Part shown: positions 1-6,955 of the stretch, piece after piece
How the letters are laid out: every line of letters starts with the position of its first letter
Position numbering within the stretch: position 1 is the first letter of the stretch
From: Candidatus Eiseniibacteriota bacterium
Lineage (GTDB): Bacteria > Eisenbacteria > RBG-16-71-46 > CAIMUX01 > VGJL01
NCBI GenBank assembly: GCA_041946735.1
Contig: JBHGAY010000055.1
Span: 1-12,727 of the forward strand
Length of the DNA stretch: 12,727 nt
Direction of reading: 5' to 3'
The notes under the pieces: model-generated
The model's input: the letters and a program-made list of their open reading frames with translations, nothing else
Database searches by the model: none
Told to the model about the DNA's origin: nothing
Translations under genes and position numbers: made by a program

Positions 1-1124
1 AGCCGGATCTGCTCGGCCCGGAGCTGCTCGTCCCCGATGCTCTGACGGATCTCCTCGATCCGATTCGCCGCGCGTTCGGCCGCGATGTTCCGCTCCAGGT
101 TCGCGCTCTGCTGCATTGCGAGCGACTGGCGGATCATCCCCTCGAAGCTCATGTCGTAGGTCTCGATCTCCAGCTCGCTCCGCTGCTTCAGCAGGTCCAT
201 TCGCGCGAGCTCCAGGCTCTCGATGTCCCGCTTCTGCTGCGCGACCGCTCGGGAGTACTCCTCCGCTTTGCGGCGCGCCTCGTCGATCGCGCGCTGGCCG
301 CCCTGCATCGCCACGTTGCCGGCTTCGAGGATCGCTTGGAGTTCACGCTGGCGCTCGATCAGGTCGGCGAGCTCCCGCTTGTGGCGCTCCATCGCCCCGG
401 TGCCGACATTCCTCATGGCGGCTGCGTAGGCCTCCGCCTGGTTCATGCCCGCGAGCGTGTAGACCCACGCCTGAGCGACGCCGATCAGGTTCTCGTACCA
501 CTTCAGCTGGACACCCATCGTCTCGGAGTGCGCGATCTCGGTTTCGATCTGCGCGAGCTCTACCCGGATCGAGGCGAGGCGTTGCTCCGCGAGGCGGCGC
601 TCCGCGTCCGTGAGGAAGCCTGTCTCGCGGGACTGGAGGATGAGGGCGTCCGTCGCTTGGTTCGCCGCGTCCCGCTGCTGCCCGGTGTACCGGAAAGATG
701 CGACCATTGCGGCGGCGAGAGAAGCGGCGGCGACCGCGGCGATCCCGATCGGTCCCATCATTCCGCTGATCGCGTGCGAGGCGAGCATCGAGGTCCGGGC
801 GACAGCCCCGTTGGCAACCCCCAGCGCCTGGAGCTGCCCCGTCACCATGGCCGCCGCGACTCCGTATCGCGCGACGGCCGCAGCGGAGGTCGTGTTCGCC
901 TTGGCCGCCACTGCCGTTGTCTGGGCCACCCGCGCGTTCGTGTCGATGATCTGCAGGGAGACGTTGTGGCCGGCGAGCGAGAGTTCTGCCGCCCGGCGGG
1001 AGGCCTCGACGACCGCCATCTGTGCCGTCTCGACCTGGCGCATGGCCGCGACGTACTGCGCCGTCGTCGCGGAGAAGTCGTCGACGACCGACAGTACTAC
1101 GCCGGTCCGCTCCTCCTCAGCCAT
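1..1124 (-). CDS. Tail tape measure protein, N-terminal part (runs off the window; absent from the ORF track)
   Basis: ATG at 1124 preceded by GAGGA. Manual translation gives MAEEERTGVVLSVVDDFSATTAQYVAAMRQVETAQ..., open to the window edge. Ala/Gln/Glu-rich and helical, with a hydrophobic segment GPIGIAAVAAASLAAAMVASF. Lies directly after the chaperone/frameshift gene. Confidence 0.9.
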   Translation of the reverse strand, partial: MAEEERTGVVLSVVDDFSATTAQYVAAMRQVETAQMAVVEASRRAAELSLAGHNVSLQIIDTNARVAQTTAVAAKANTTSAAAVARYGVAAAMVTGQLQALGVANGAVARTSMLASHAISGMMGPIGIAAVAAASLAAAMVASFRYTGQQRDAANQATDALILQSRETGFLTDAERRLAEQRLASIRVELAQIETEIAHSETMGVQLKWYENLIGVAQAWVYTLAGMNQAEAYAAAMRNVGTGAMERHKRELADLIERQRELQAILEAGNVAMQGGQRAIDEARRKAEEYSRAVAQQKRDIESLELARMDLLKQRSELEIETYDMSFEGMIRQSLAMQQSANLERNIAAERAANRIEEIRQSIGDEQLRAEQIR

Positions 1125-1383
1125 CGAGGTCCTCGTCGTGCTGCGCCATCGCCTCTTGCCGCTCCTCCGCCTCGATCTCCTCGAGCGCGTCCAGGTCTCT
1201 CAAGTCCTCCAGGTCGACGTCGGGCTCCCCCACGATCTCGATCCGAGGCTCGATCCACCGGAGCCAGCGGGGGAGCGCGATCCGTACGTGGAATCGCGCA
1301 CCCCGCTCGAGCTCGGAGGGGAGCCGGCCTAGCTGCCGGCAGATGCGGAGGACGGCTCGTCGCTGTCCGTCCTCCCGGAGTCG
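1117..1383 (-). CDS. -1 frameshift extension of the tail assembly chaperone (lambda gpT-like; fusion about 201 aa)
   Basis: The -1 frame after the slippery site is open for 88 codons: RLREDGQRRAVLRICRQLGRLPSELERGARF...DLDALEEIEAEERQEAMAQHDEDLDG, then TGA at 1117-1119 overlapping the tape measure start. LGRLPSEL resembles the LGxxxxEL pattern of gpT-like extensions. There is no independent start near its 5' end. Confidence 0.85.
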   Translation of the reverse strand, partial: RLREDGQRRAVLRICRQLGRLPSELERGARFHVRIALPRWLRWIEPRIEIVGEPDVDLEDLRDLDALEEIEAEERQEAMAQHDEDLDG

Positions 1384-1721
1384 TTTTTTCGGGCCTCGCG
1401 ATCTCCGGCCATCATCCCGTTGAGTCTGAGCAACGAGGTGACCAGCCGATCGAGCTCGACCCCGTCCAGGGCGAGCAACTCGTCGCGGTCGAGGCGCTCG
1501 AAGATGAGCTCGCCGTCCTCGTCGCGCGCGGACTGAACGAGGAGTGCCAGGTTGTACCAGTCGGCGCGGAAGGTTCCCTCGTCGATCGAGCCCTTCCGGG
1601 CGTTCTCGATGTCCGCGAAGGAGGACTTGTGCAGCACGATCGATGTGTCGAAGGCCTCGACCGTTTGCGTCTCTGTCGCCTTCCGGGCGAAGATCTTCTG
1701 CCGGATCTCGTCACGCTTCAT
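1329..1721 (-). CDS. Tail assembly chaperone (lambda gpG-like), 130 aa
   Basis: Start reassigned to ATG 1721, 5 nt after the tail tube stop. Protein MKRDEIRQKIFARK...LLVQSARDEDGELIFERLDRDELLALDGVELDRLVTSLLRLNGM...ARKN; the DEDGxxIF...L...LNG...KN pattern is typical of tail chaperones. Sits between tube and tape measure genes. Confidence 0.9.
   Translation of the reverse strand: MKRDEIRQKIFARKATETQTVEAFDTSIVLHKSSFADIENARKGSIDEGTFRADWYNLALLVQSARDEDGELIFERLDRDELLALDGVELDRLVTSLLRLNGMMAGDREARKNDSGRTDSDEPSSASAGS
1347..1389 (-). promoter_or_regulatory. Programmed -1 ribosomal frameshift signal (slippery heptamer plus 3' hairpin)
   Basis: In-frame A AAA AAC at 1389-1383, a 7-nt spacer, then a perfect 9-bp stem GGAGGACGG/CCGTCCTCC (1375-1367 and 1355-1347) with an 11-nt loop. 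Confidence 0.88.
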
Positions 1722-1726
1722 GGCGA

Positions 1727-2407
1727 TCAGCTCGCCGCGAAGATCAGGGAGCCGTCGCCCTTGAACTTCACGCTCTGGACGATCATCGAGCCCTTGTCGA
1801 CCTTGATCCCCCAGTCGATCCGGGCGGCTCCGAGCCAGTACTCGGTCTTCCCGATCGCGGGGAAGAACTTCAGCACGACCGGGTTCTGGACGGAGGCGCC
1901 GGCGCCAGCGAGCCACCAGCTGTTGCCGGTCGACTGGTCGTGCCGGTAGGCGATCGTCGCGGATCCCGACCACTTCGATTGCCCGGCGTCGCTCGTCTCC
2001 CACGTCTTCCCCTGGACGCTCGTGTCAATGTCGGCCTGGGCGACGTCGAGGGAGAAGTCCACGGAGTCGCCGATCGCGTAGAGCTTCGGCGTCGCGTAGT
2101 TCGAGATCGAGACCGTGGCGGAAGCCCCGAGCGTCGGGGTGAAGATCAGCTTCCCGCGCAGGTAGTCGATGTCGTAGGTGTACGCGGTCGGCAGGCCGGA
2201 GCCTCCGACGGTGACCGTGGGCGGGGTGTTCGGATCGAAGGGCGCGCCGGCCACGGTCCAGACCTGGTAGGCGTCGTAGGAGATCCCGTCCACGACCTCG
2301 GCCCCCGAGTTCCCCGTGGCCGACGTCGGGCCGACGACCGCCGTGGTCCCGACCTGCAGGAAGATCCTCCCGAGCTTCCCGCTGATTCGCTTGACGATGT
2401 TCGCCAT
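1727..2407 (-). CDS. Major tail tube protein with an internal inserted beta-domain, 226 aa
   Basis: SD AAGGAGG upstream. Siphoviral tube motifs ISGKLGRI ... IGDSVDFSLDVAQADIDTS..GKTWE...GQSKWSGS ... SVKFKGDGSL. About 85 extra residues lie between the first strand and IGDSVDFSL. Confidence 0.9.
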   Translation of the reverse strand: MANIVKRISGKLGRIFLQVGTTAVVGPTSATGNSGAEVVDGISYDAYQVWTVAGAPFDPNTPPTVTVGGSGLPTAYTYDIDYLRGKLIFTPTLGASATVSISNYATPKLYAIGDSVDFSLDVAQADIDTSVQGKTWETSDAGQSKWSGSATIAYRHDQSTGNSWWLAGAGASVQNPVVLKFFPAIGKTEYWLGAARIDWGIKVDKGSMIVQSVKFKGDGSLIFAAS

Positions 2408-2411
2408 CGCT

Positions 2412-2612
2412 CTACTCCTCCTTGCTCTTGGCCGGACCCTTCGCCTCGGGCTCCGGCCGGTGGACCGTCACGCCCGGGGCGACTCGCACTGCATCCAAGG
2501 CCCAGGCCGGCACCTCGACCGGGACGCCCTCCGTCATCTCGAACCGCAACCCGTCTCGGTGGACGTGGAGCTCGCCTCGTCCCTTCTCGAGCACGTACAT
2601 CTCCGGCCTCAC
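2412..2612 (-). CDS. Small hypothetical protein, 66 aa (possibly YqbF-like small domain)
   Basis: GTG start with SD GAGGAGG; fills the gap between terminator and tube genes. Motif GLRFEMTEGVPVEV followed by a helix and a charged tail. Confidence 0.75.
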   Translation of the reverse strand: MRPEMYVLEKGRGELHVHRDGLRFEMTEGVPVEVPAWALDAVRVAPGVTVHRPEPEAKGPAKSKEE

Positions 2613-2627
2613 GATTCCCCCTCCTCG

Positions 2628-3746
2628 CTACCCGATCGCGCTCGCGACCGGCCGATACCAGCTCTCCCCCTCGAGGGAGAGATAGGCGTTGTGCCGGTGG
2701 AGCATCTGCGCCACCGACTCGATCGTCGATCCCTGCAGCGTCCGCAGCGCGAACGGCCAGACGCCGCAGACGAAGTCCGCCCGGACGTTCGCGGAGTCGG
2801 AGACGCCGGGGAGCTCCACGCGCCCGCGCCCGTAGTCAATGGTGGTCGGTTCCGTCACCACGCCCTCGACCCGGACGACCGGGGCCGGCGTGTCGTACCA
2901 CTCCCGCTGCCCGCTCGACCACCAGTCCCCGCCGGCCACCGGGATCAGCGGGTGTTGGATCCCACGGAGCGGCAGCCCCGGCGAGTACGAGCCGTCCCGC
3001 TCCATGCTCGAGGCGAGCCCCAGTGCGAGACGCGCCCACCGGAGATGGAGCGCCAGCTCCTCCTCGCTGCGAGCGTGGATCCCGACCCAGACGGTCGGCC
3101 GCTCCTCGTGCGAGAGGGACCCCTGCTCTCCAATCCCGAGCTCTGAGGCAACCGCTCCCACGGTCACGACAGCCGCGTCCTTGACCAGGTGCGAGAGGTC
3201 GCTGTCGGGGTGGACGGCGTGTACCGAGCCCGAGGCCCAGCTCGTCGGCCGCGGCTCGCTCCGGAGGTCCTGGTACGCCTCGATCTCCGAGCAGCGGAGG
3301 CGGACGTCATCGCCGCCGGAGACGTACACGACCCGGATCCCCCGTACGCGCGCGGAGACGAGCAGCGTCAGCATGTTCCAGCCGGCGACGAGCAGGTGAG
3401 ACGGCGATCCGGACTCGTCTGCCCAGCTCGCCCCGTCCCAGGTCTGGAGCTTGACCGTCGGCGGCGTCGATCCCGCCGGCCAGCGGAACCGGATGCCGTC
3501 GAGCCAGAGGAGCGCCGACCAGGTCAGGCCCACGTAGCAGGGATCGTCGTCGACGTCAGTCGCGAAGGCCTGCCCCGCCTGTCCGTCGGTGAGCCAGGCG
3601 AGCTCTGATCCGGTGGCAGCCGAAGAGGAGATCGCCGCGGCATCCCCCCGCGTCGCCTCGTTGACCAGCTGGGAGAGCCGCTGCCCAGGACCGATCAGCG
3701 TGGTCTCGCTCAGGTACGCCGCGACGGACTTCAGGAGCGCCAGCAC
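2628..3746 (-). CDS. Putative tail terminator/completion protein with an inserted discoidin (F5/8 type C)-like domain and a second beta insert, 372 aa
   Basis: Occupies the terminator slot after the gp10-like gene. Terminator-like elements: N-terminal helix LLKSVAAYL, VHAVHPD..AAVVTV, TVWVGIHARSEEELALHLRWARLAL. Discoidin-like pattern at about 3273-3665: AISSS..LTDG..YVGLTW..LDGIRF..KLQTWDGASW..VRGIRVV..CSEIEAY. Confidence 0.75.
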   Translation of the reverse strand: MLALLKSVAAYLSETTLIGPGQRLSQLVNEATRGDAAAISSSAATGSELAWLTDGQAGQAFATDVDDDPCYVGLTWSALLWLDGIRFRWPAGSTPPTVKLQTWDGASWADESGSPSHLLVAGWNMLTLLVSARVRGIRVVYVSGGDDVRLRCSEIEAYQDLRSEPRPTSWASGSVHAVHPDSDLSHLVKDAAVVTVGAVASELGIGEQGSLSHEERPTVWVGIHARSEEELALHLRWARLALGLASSMERDGSYSPGLPLRGIQHPLIPVAGGDWWSSGQREWYDTPAPVVRVEGVVTEPTTIDYGRGRVELPGVSDSANVRADFVCGVWPFALRTLQGSTIESVAQMLHRHNAYLSLEGESWYRPVASAIG

Positions 3747-3747
3747 G

Positions 3748-4212
3748 TCACACCTCGCCCTTCAGGCCGCGGATCAGAGCACGGCGGCACTGGTCCTCGA
3801 AGTGTTCCTTCTCGGCAGCGAGAGCCTTCCGGTGGAAGGCGACTTCGCCCGTGGTGTGGGACAGGCTCTCGTCGAACTCCTGCCGGCGCGGGTAGTGGTA
3901 ACCGCCGCCCGAGGTCTTCCCACCGGGCTTCACGCGGAAGCCGCGGCGCCGCGACCAGCTCACACCGCTGGGGAGGGACACGACATTCGTCCCGATGAAG
4001 GCCTCCAGGCCGTCGTGCTCGAAGCGGATCGTGATCGAGGTCTTCATCCGGCCGGTGTCAACGGGGCTGCGCTGCTTCGCCCCGCTCTGGACCCGCAGCG
4101 CGGAAGCAGCGACCACCGCCTGCACCCGGCGCCGGAGATCCGGGCGACCCGCCATCAGGGAGACGATCCCGGGAGTCGCGAAGACGCGCGTCGTGAGCGA
4201 AAGGGGAATCAC
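3748..4212 (-). CDS. HK97 gp10-like neck/tail completion protein, 154 aa
   Basis: Start reassigned to GTG 4212, a GTGA overlap with the upstream stop, preceded by GAGGGGG. Contains AKQRSPVDTGRMKTSI...IGTNV...Y...QEF and a C-terminal FHRKALAAEK helix, typical of the family. Confidence 0.85.
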   Translation of the reverse strand: MIPLSLTTRVFATPGIVSLMAGRPDLRRRVQAVVAASALRVQSGAKQRSPVDTGRMKTSITIRFEHDGLEAFIGTNVVSLPSGVSWSRRRGFRVKPGGKTSGGGYHYPRRQEFDESLSHTTGEVAFHRKALAAEKEHFEDQCRRALIRGLKGEV

Positions 4213-4589
4213 GCCTGCGCCCCCTCTCTCAGCCGCAGCCCCACGAGCTGCCAGCCTCGCGCGGTGTTCTCCGCGATCGAGACCGGGACGTACTCCCGCC
4301 CCCCGTGCTGCACGATCACGTCCGGCCGGATCCAGGCGTGCCAGTCGAGATCGGAAGAGCGGAAGAGACGCTGGTAGAGCAGCTGCGCGTCGGCCGCCTG
4401 GACGAAGCCGAGCGGCCCGCCGGGAGCGCCGCGCTCGATCACGACCCGCCGATCCGGAGCGTCGAGCCAGAGGACGTCGACCGAGGTCGAGGTGACCGAC
4501 CCACCCGAGACCCGCTCGGAGGTGTAGGAGTCCGTCTCTCCCCCACTGGGGACGAGGACAGTCACGGTCACCTTGCGCCCGCACTGCAT
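4209..4589 (-). CDS. Putative head-closure (stopper) protein, SPP1 gp16/lambda FII-like, 126 aa
   Basis: Size, beta-rich pattern (GRKVTVTV...IRPDVIVQHGGREYVPVSI...LVGLRL) and position immediately before the gp10-like gene. Confidence 0.7.
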   Translation of the reverse strand: MQCGRKVTVTVLVPSGGETDSYTSERVSGGSVTSTSVDVLWLDAPDRRVVIERGAPGGPLGFVQAADAQLLYQRLFRSSDLDWHAWIRPDVIVQHGGREYVPVSIAENTARGWQLVGLRLREGAQA

Positions 4590-4590
4590 C

Positions 4591-4962
4591 TCACCAGGCC
4601 TCGTAGTAGCCGATCGCGACGAACATCCACGCTGCGGCTGGGGTCTCGATCTCGATCCTCACCGGTCGGCCCGGCAAGCCCACGAAGAGCCCCTGGCCGA
4701 ACCAGTTCTTCGGGTAACCCGGGACCGCGGTCGGGAACCACACGGCGTCGGACTTGTCCTCGGCTGAGGAGAACATGACGTCGTCGGACCCCGACGCAGG
4801 ACGCAGGACGATCGACTCGACGTAGATCCGAGCGTCCGACTGAGAAGGCGTGATGGTCCCGCCGACAACCGCGTCGCAGCTGTAGTGGCGCTGATTCACG
4901 ATCGTCGCGAGCTCGCACTCCGATCGCATCATGTGGGACGGCCAGGGCGCTCCGATGGGCAT
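4591..4962 (-). CDS. Hypothetical beta-rich virion protein, paralog C of a triad, 123 aa
   Basis: Start reassigned to ATG 4962 (GAGGTG-TGA-C-ATG junction). Shares IVNQ, TITP, RIYVES, PVRI and terminal GYYE motifs with the two upstream genes. Confidence 0.85.
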   Translation of the reverse strand: MPIGAPWPSHMMRSECELATIVNQRHYSCDAVVGGTITPSQSDARIYVESIVLRPASGSDDVMFSSAEDKSDAVWFPTAVPGYPKNWFGQGLFVGLPGRPVRIEIETPAAAWMFVAIGYYEAW

Positions 4963-4963
4963 G

Positions 4964-5296
4964 TCACACCTCGATCCAGAAGAACTCGACGAACGCATAG
5001 GAGCCGGCTCCGGCCGTCTTGGCGACCGTCACCGGCTGATCAGGTTCGGCCGCGAAGAACGGGAAGGCCTGATATTGGACGGAGGCCACGGGCCCGCGCA
5101 TGCGCACTGTATCGACACCCGGAGAGGACCATTCGACGACCAGGCCGACCACGTCGTGGTAGAGCACGAAGGACTGGCAGACGATCTTCTTCCCGGGCGC
5201 GGGCGTGATTGTGACTGGGCCCGAGAAGAAGGGCAGGTAGGCGCTGTACTGGTTGACCGTGTAGTTGATCACGGCCTCGTCTGCCGTCTTTGCCAT
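4964..5296 (-). CDS. Hypothetical beta-rich virion protein, paralog B of a triad, 110 aa
   Basis: True start ATG 5296 via a TGATG overlap; the 322-aa track ORF is an upstream over-extension. MAKTADEAVINYTVNQ...TITPAPGKKIVCQS...QAFPFFAAEPDQPVTV...FWIEV. Confidence 0.85.
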   Translation of the reverse strand: MAKTADEAVINYTVNQYSAYLPFFSGPVTITPAPGKKIVCQSFVLYHDVVGLVVEWSSPGVDTVRMRGPVASVQYQAFPFFAAEPDQPVTVAKTAGAGSYAFVEFFWIEV

Positions 5297-5649
5297 CAGC
5301 CGATTTCCAGGTAGCCGACCGTGATTTCCTTGTAGGTCCCGCCGACAGAACCGGCGAGCGTGATCGTGACCGGTAGGTCGAAGTCGCCAGCGACAAAGAA
5401 CGGGAAGCCCTGGACCGCGATCTGTCCCGTCGGCGCTCGATAGACGACGGAGTCGGCGCCAGCCGAGGCGAAGGTGATCGTGGCGTTCGTTAGGGTCCCG
5501 TCTCCCTTGAAGAGCCAGGATTGAATCACGATCTTGGTCCCCCGCTTCGGGGTGATCGTGAGCGCTGCGGACTGCAGATCGGCGAAGCGATGCTTCTGGT
5601 TGACGATGTAGGCGAGTTGCGCCTCTTCCGCGTTCATGCCCTTCGGCAT
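5296..5649 (-). CDS. Hypothetical beta-rich virion protein, paralog A of a triad, 117 aa
   Basis: Strong SD AGGAGG before ATG 5649. MPKGMNAEEAQLAYIVNQ...TITPKRGTKIVIQS...QGFPFFVAGDFDLPVTI...GYLEIG. Confidence 0.88.
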   Translation of the reverse strand: MPKGMNAEEAQLAYIVNQKHRFADLQSAALTITPKRGTKIVIQSWLFKGDGTLTNATITFASAGADSVVYRAPTGQIAVQGFPFFVAGDFDLPVTITLAGSVGGTYKEITVGYLEIG

Positions 5650-5658
5650 CGTTCCCTC

Positions 5659-6612
5659 CTAAGTCACCGAGCCGCGGCGGAAGTTCCGCAGCAGCGCCTC
5701 GGCATCCGCCTCGAAGGCCTTCACGTGGCCGGCGAACTGGTACTCGCCGTAGTCTTCTCGCCAGGGACCCGAACCGAGCGACGTCGCTCCCTGGGCGCTC
5801 GAGGGGTGATCGACCGTGCCCTTGCGCTTCAGCACGCACGCCGCGGCGGCCTTCGCCACCGCCTGCCCGACGGCCGCCGGCACGTAGGCGAAGAGGTAGG
5901 TCGCCGTCGCCGTGTAGGAGGCGATCGGGCACCGGAGCTGTCGGGAGGAGACCATCGTCCAGGTCGCGGAGTCATCGACGCCGTTCTTCAGGACCTGGAG
6001 CGGTGGCCTCGTGCTGACGAGCTGCCCGGCCTTGGCTAATGCGAAGGACTTCGGGCAGTCGAACCAGGCGTAGGTCGCATCGGTGTGCACGTGGGCGACG
6101 TCGGCGTGGCCAGCGTCCGCGAGGGTCGAGACCGCGACGTTGTCGCCGATCTGCACCCAGCCGGTGCGGTACTGGACGACGATGTTCCCCTCGCCGCGCG
6201 GGAAGGCAAAGATCCCCCGCGATCCGAAGGGCATCGCATAGGGCAGATACGGGCCTGGCTTGATTGCGACCGTCCCGAGATCCTTCCGGATCCGGAGACC
6301 GGCCTCGGTGAATGCCCGCGGGTCGCTGATCGCATCGGAGCGGATCTCGAGCTGCTGCACGTCGACGATCGGCACGTGACGGAGCCGGATCGTGTCCTGC
6401 CCGCGGCCGGAGAGGATGTCCACGTGCGAGGCGAGCGGGGTGAAGCTGCGGTTGCAGTAGTCCTCCGCCCAGGCCTCGGCCTCGAGGATCTCCCCCTCGA
6501 GCAGTTCGCGAAGCTGCGCGTCGGAGTCCCCGAACCCCGTCCACCGGAGGACGTCGAGGTTGACTCCGTGCAGCTGCGCGAGCAGCTCGTCGACGTGCGC
6601 CAGGCGGCCCAT
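5659..6612 (-). CDS. Head-tail adaptor/connector (HK97 gp6/SPP1 gp15-like, extended type) with an extra insert, 317 aa
   Basis: Adaptor motifs DAQLRELLE..AEAWAEDYCNRSF, LRHVPIVDV, NIVVQYRTGW, VPAAVGQAV and terminal ALLRNFRR. About 91 extra residues lie between TGW and VPAAV. Confidence 0.85.
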   Translation of the reverse strand: MGRLAHVDELLAQLHGVNLDVLRWTGFGDSDAQLRELLEGEILEAEAWAEDYCNRSFTPLASHVDILSGRGQDTIRLRHVPIVDVQQLEIRSDAISDPRAFTEAGLRIRKDLGTVAIKPGPYLPYAMPFGSRGIFAFPRGEGNIVVQYRTGWVQIGDNVAVSTLADAGHADVAHVHTDATYAWFDCPKSFALAKAGQLVSTRPPLQVLKNGVDDSATWTMVSSRQLRCPIASYTATATYLFAYVPAAVGQAVAKAAAACVLKRKGTVDHPSSAQGATSLGSGPWREDYGEYQFAGHVKAFEADAEALLRNFRRGSVT

Positions 6613-6615
6613 CGG

Positions 6616-6876
6616 CTACTCGGCCTTCCCTTCGTCCTCGGCCTTCGGCGCCTCGGCCCACGTCTCGATCGAGAACCGGCGCTTGTCCTGGAAGTACTCC
6701 AGGTCCTCCCGCTTCACCTCCGCACGGCCCTTCGCGAAGACGATCCGCTTGCCGTTGGGCAAGCTCGCCGTCTGCACGAACGGATCGAGCGTCATGACGA
6801 AGAACCGGGGGTACTTCGCCTCGTGCCCGAGGCTCACGTCCGCCATCTTCATCCGCCTCTTCTCCACGTTGTCCAT
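6616..6876 (-). CDS. Small hypothetical protein downstream of the capsid gene, 86 aa
   Basis: AGAGGAGAGGAG directly before ATG 6876; high GC3 codon usage; stop 3 nt before the adaptor start. Confidence 0.85.
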   Translation of the reverse strand: MDNVEKRRMKMADVSLGHEAKYPRFFVMTLDPFVQTASLPNGKRIVFAKGRAEVKREDLEYFQDKRRFSIETWAEAPKAEDEGKAE

Positions 6877-6894
6877 CTCCTCTCCTCTCGTGTG

Positions 6895-6955
6895 GCCCCT
6901 GTGGGCCGGGGTTCGCGGCGGGGGTCGCCGACCGTTCCCCCCGGCCCGTCAGGGC
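6895..6955 (-). other. Strong GC stem-loop after the capsid gene (possible U-less terminator, attenuator or mRNA stabilizer)
   Basis: Inverted repeat GGGCCGGGG (6903-6911) / CCCCGGCCC (6939-6947), extended by CCCTG (6897-6901) / CAGGG (6950-6954). No U-tract follows. Confidence 0.6.

Noticed and set aside
1722..5932. Upstream extensions of track ORFs 1329-2003, 3748-4584, 4591-4998 and 4964-5932
   Set aside because: Each extension overlaps a better-supported gene out of frame; coupled starts at 1721, 4212, 4962 and 5296 explain the real proteins.
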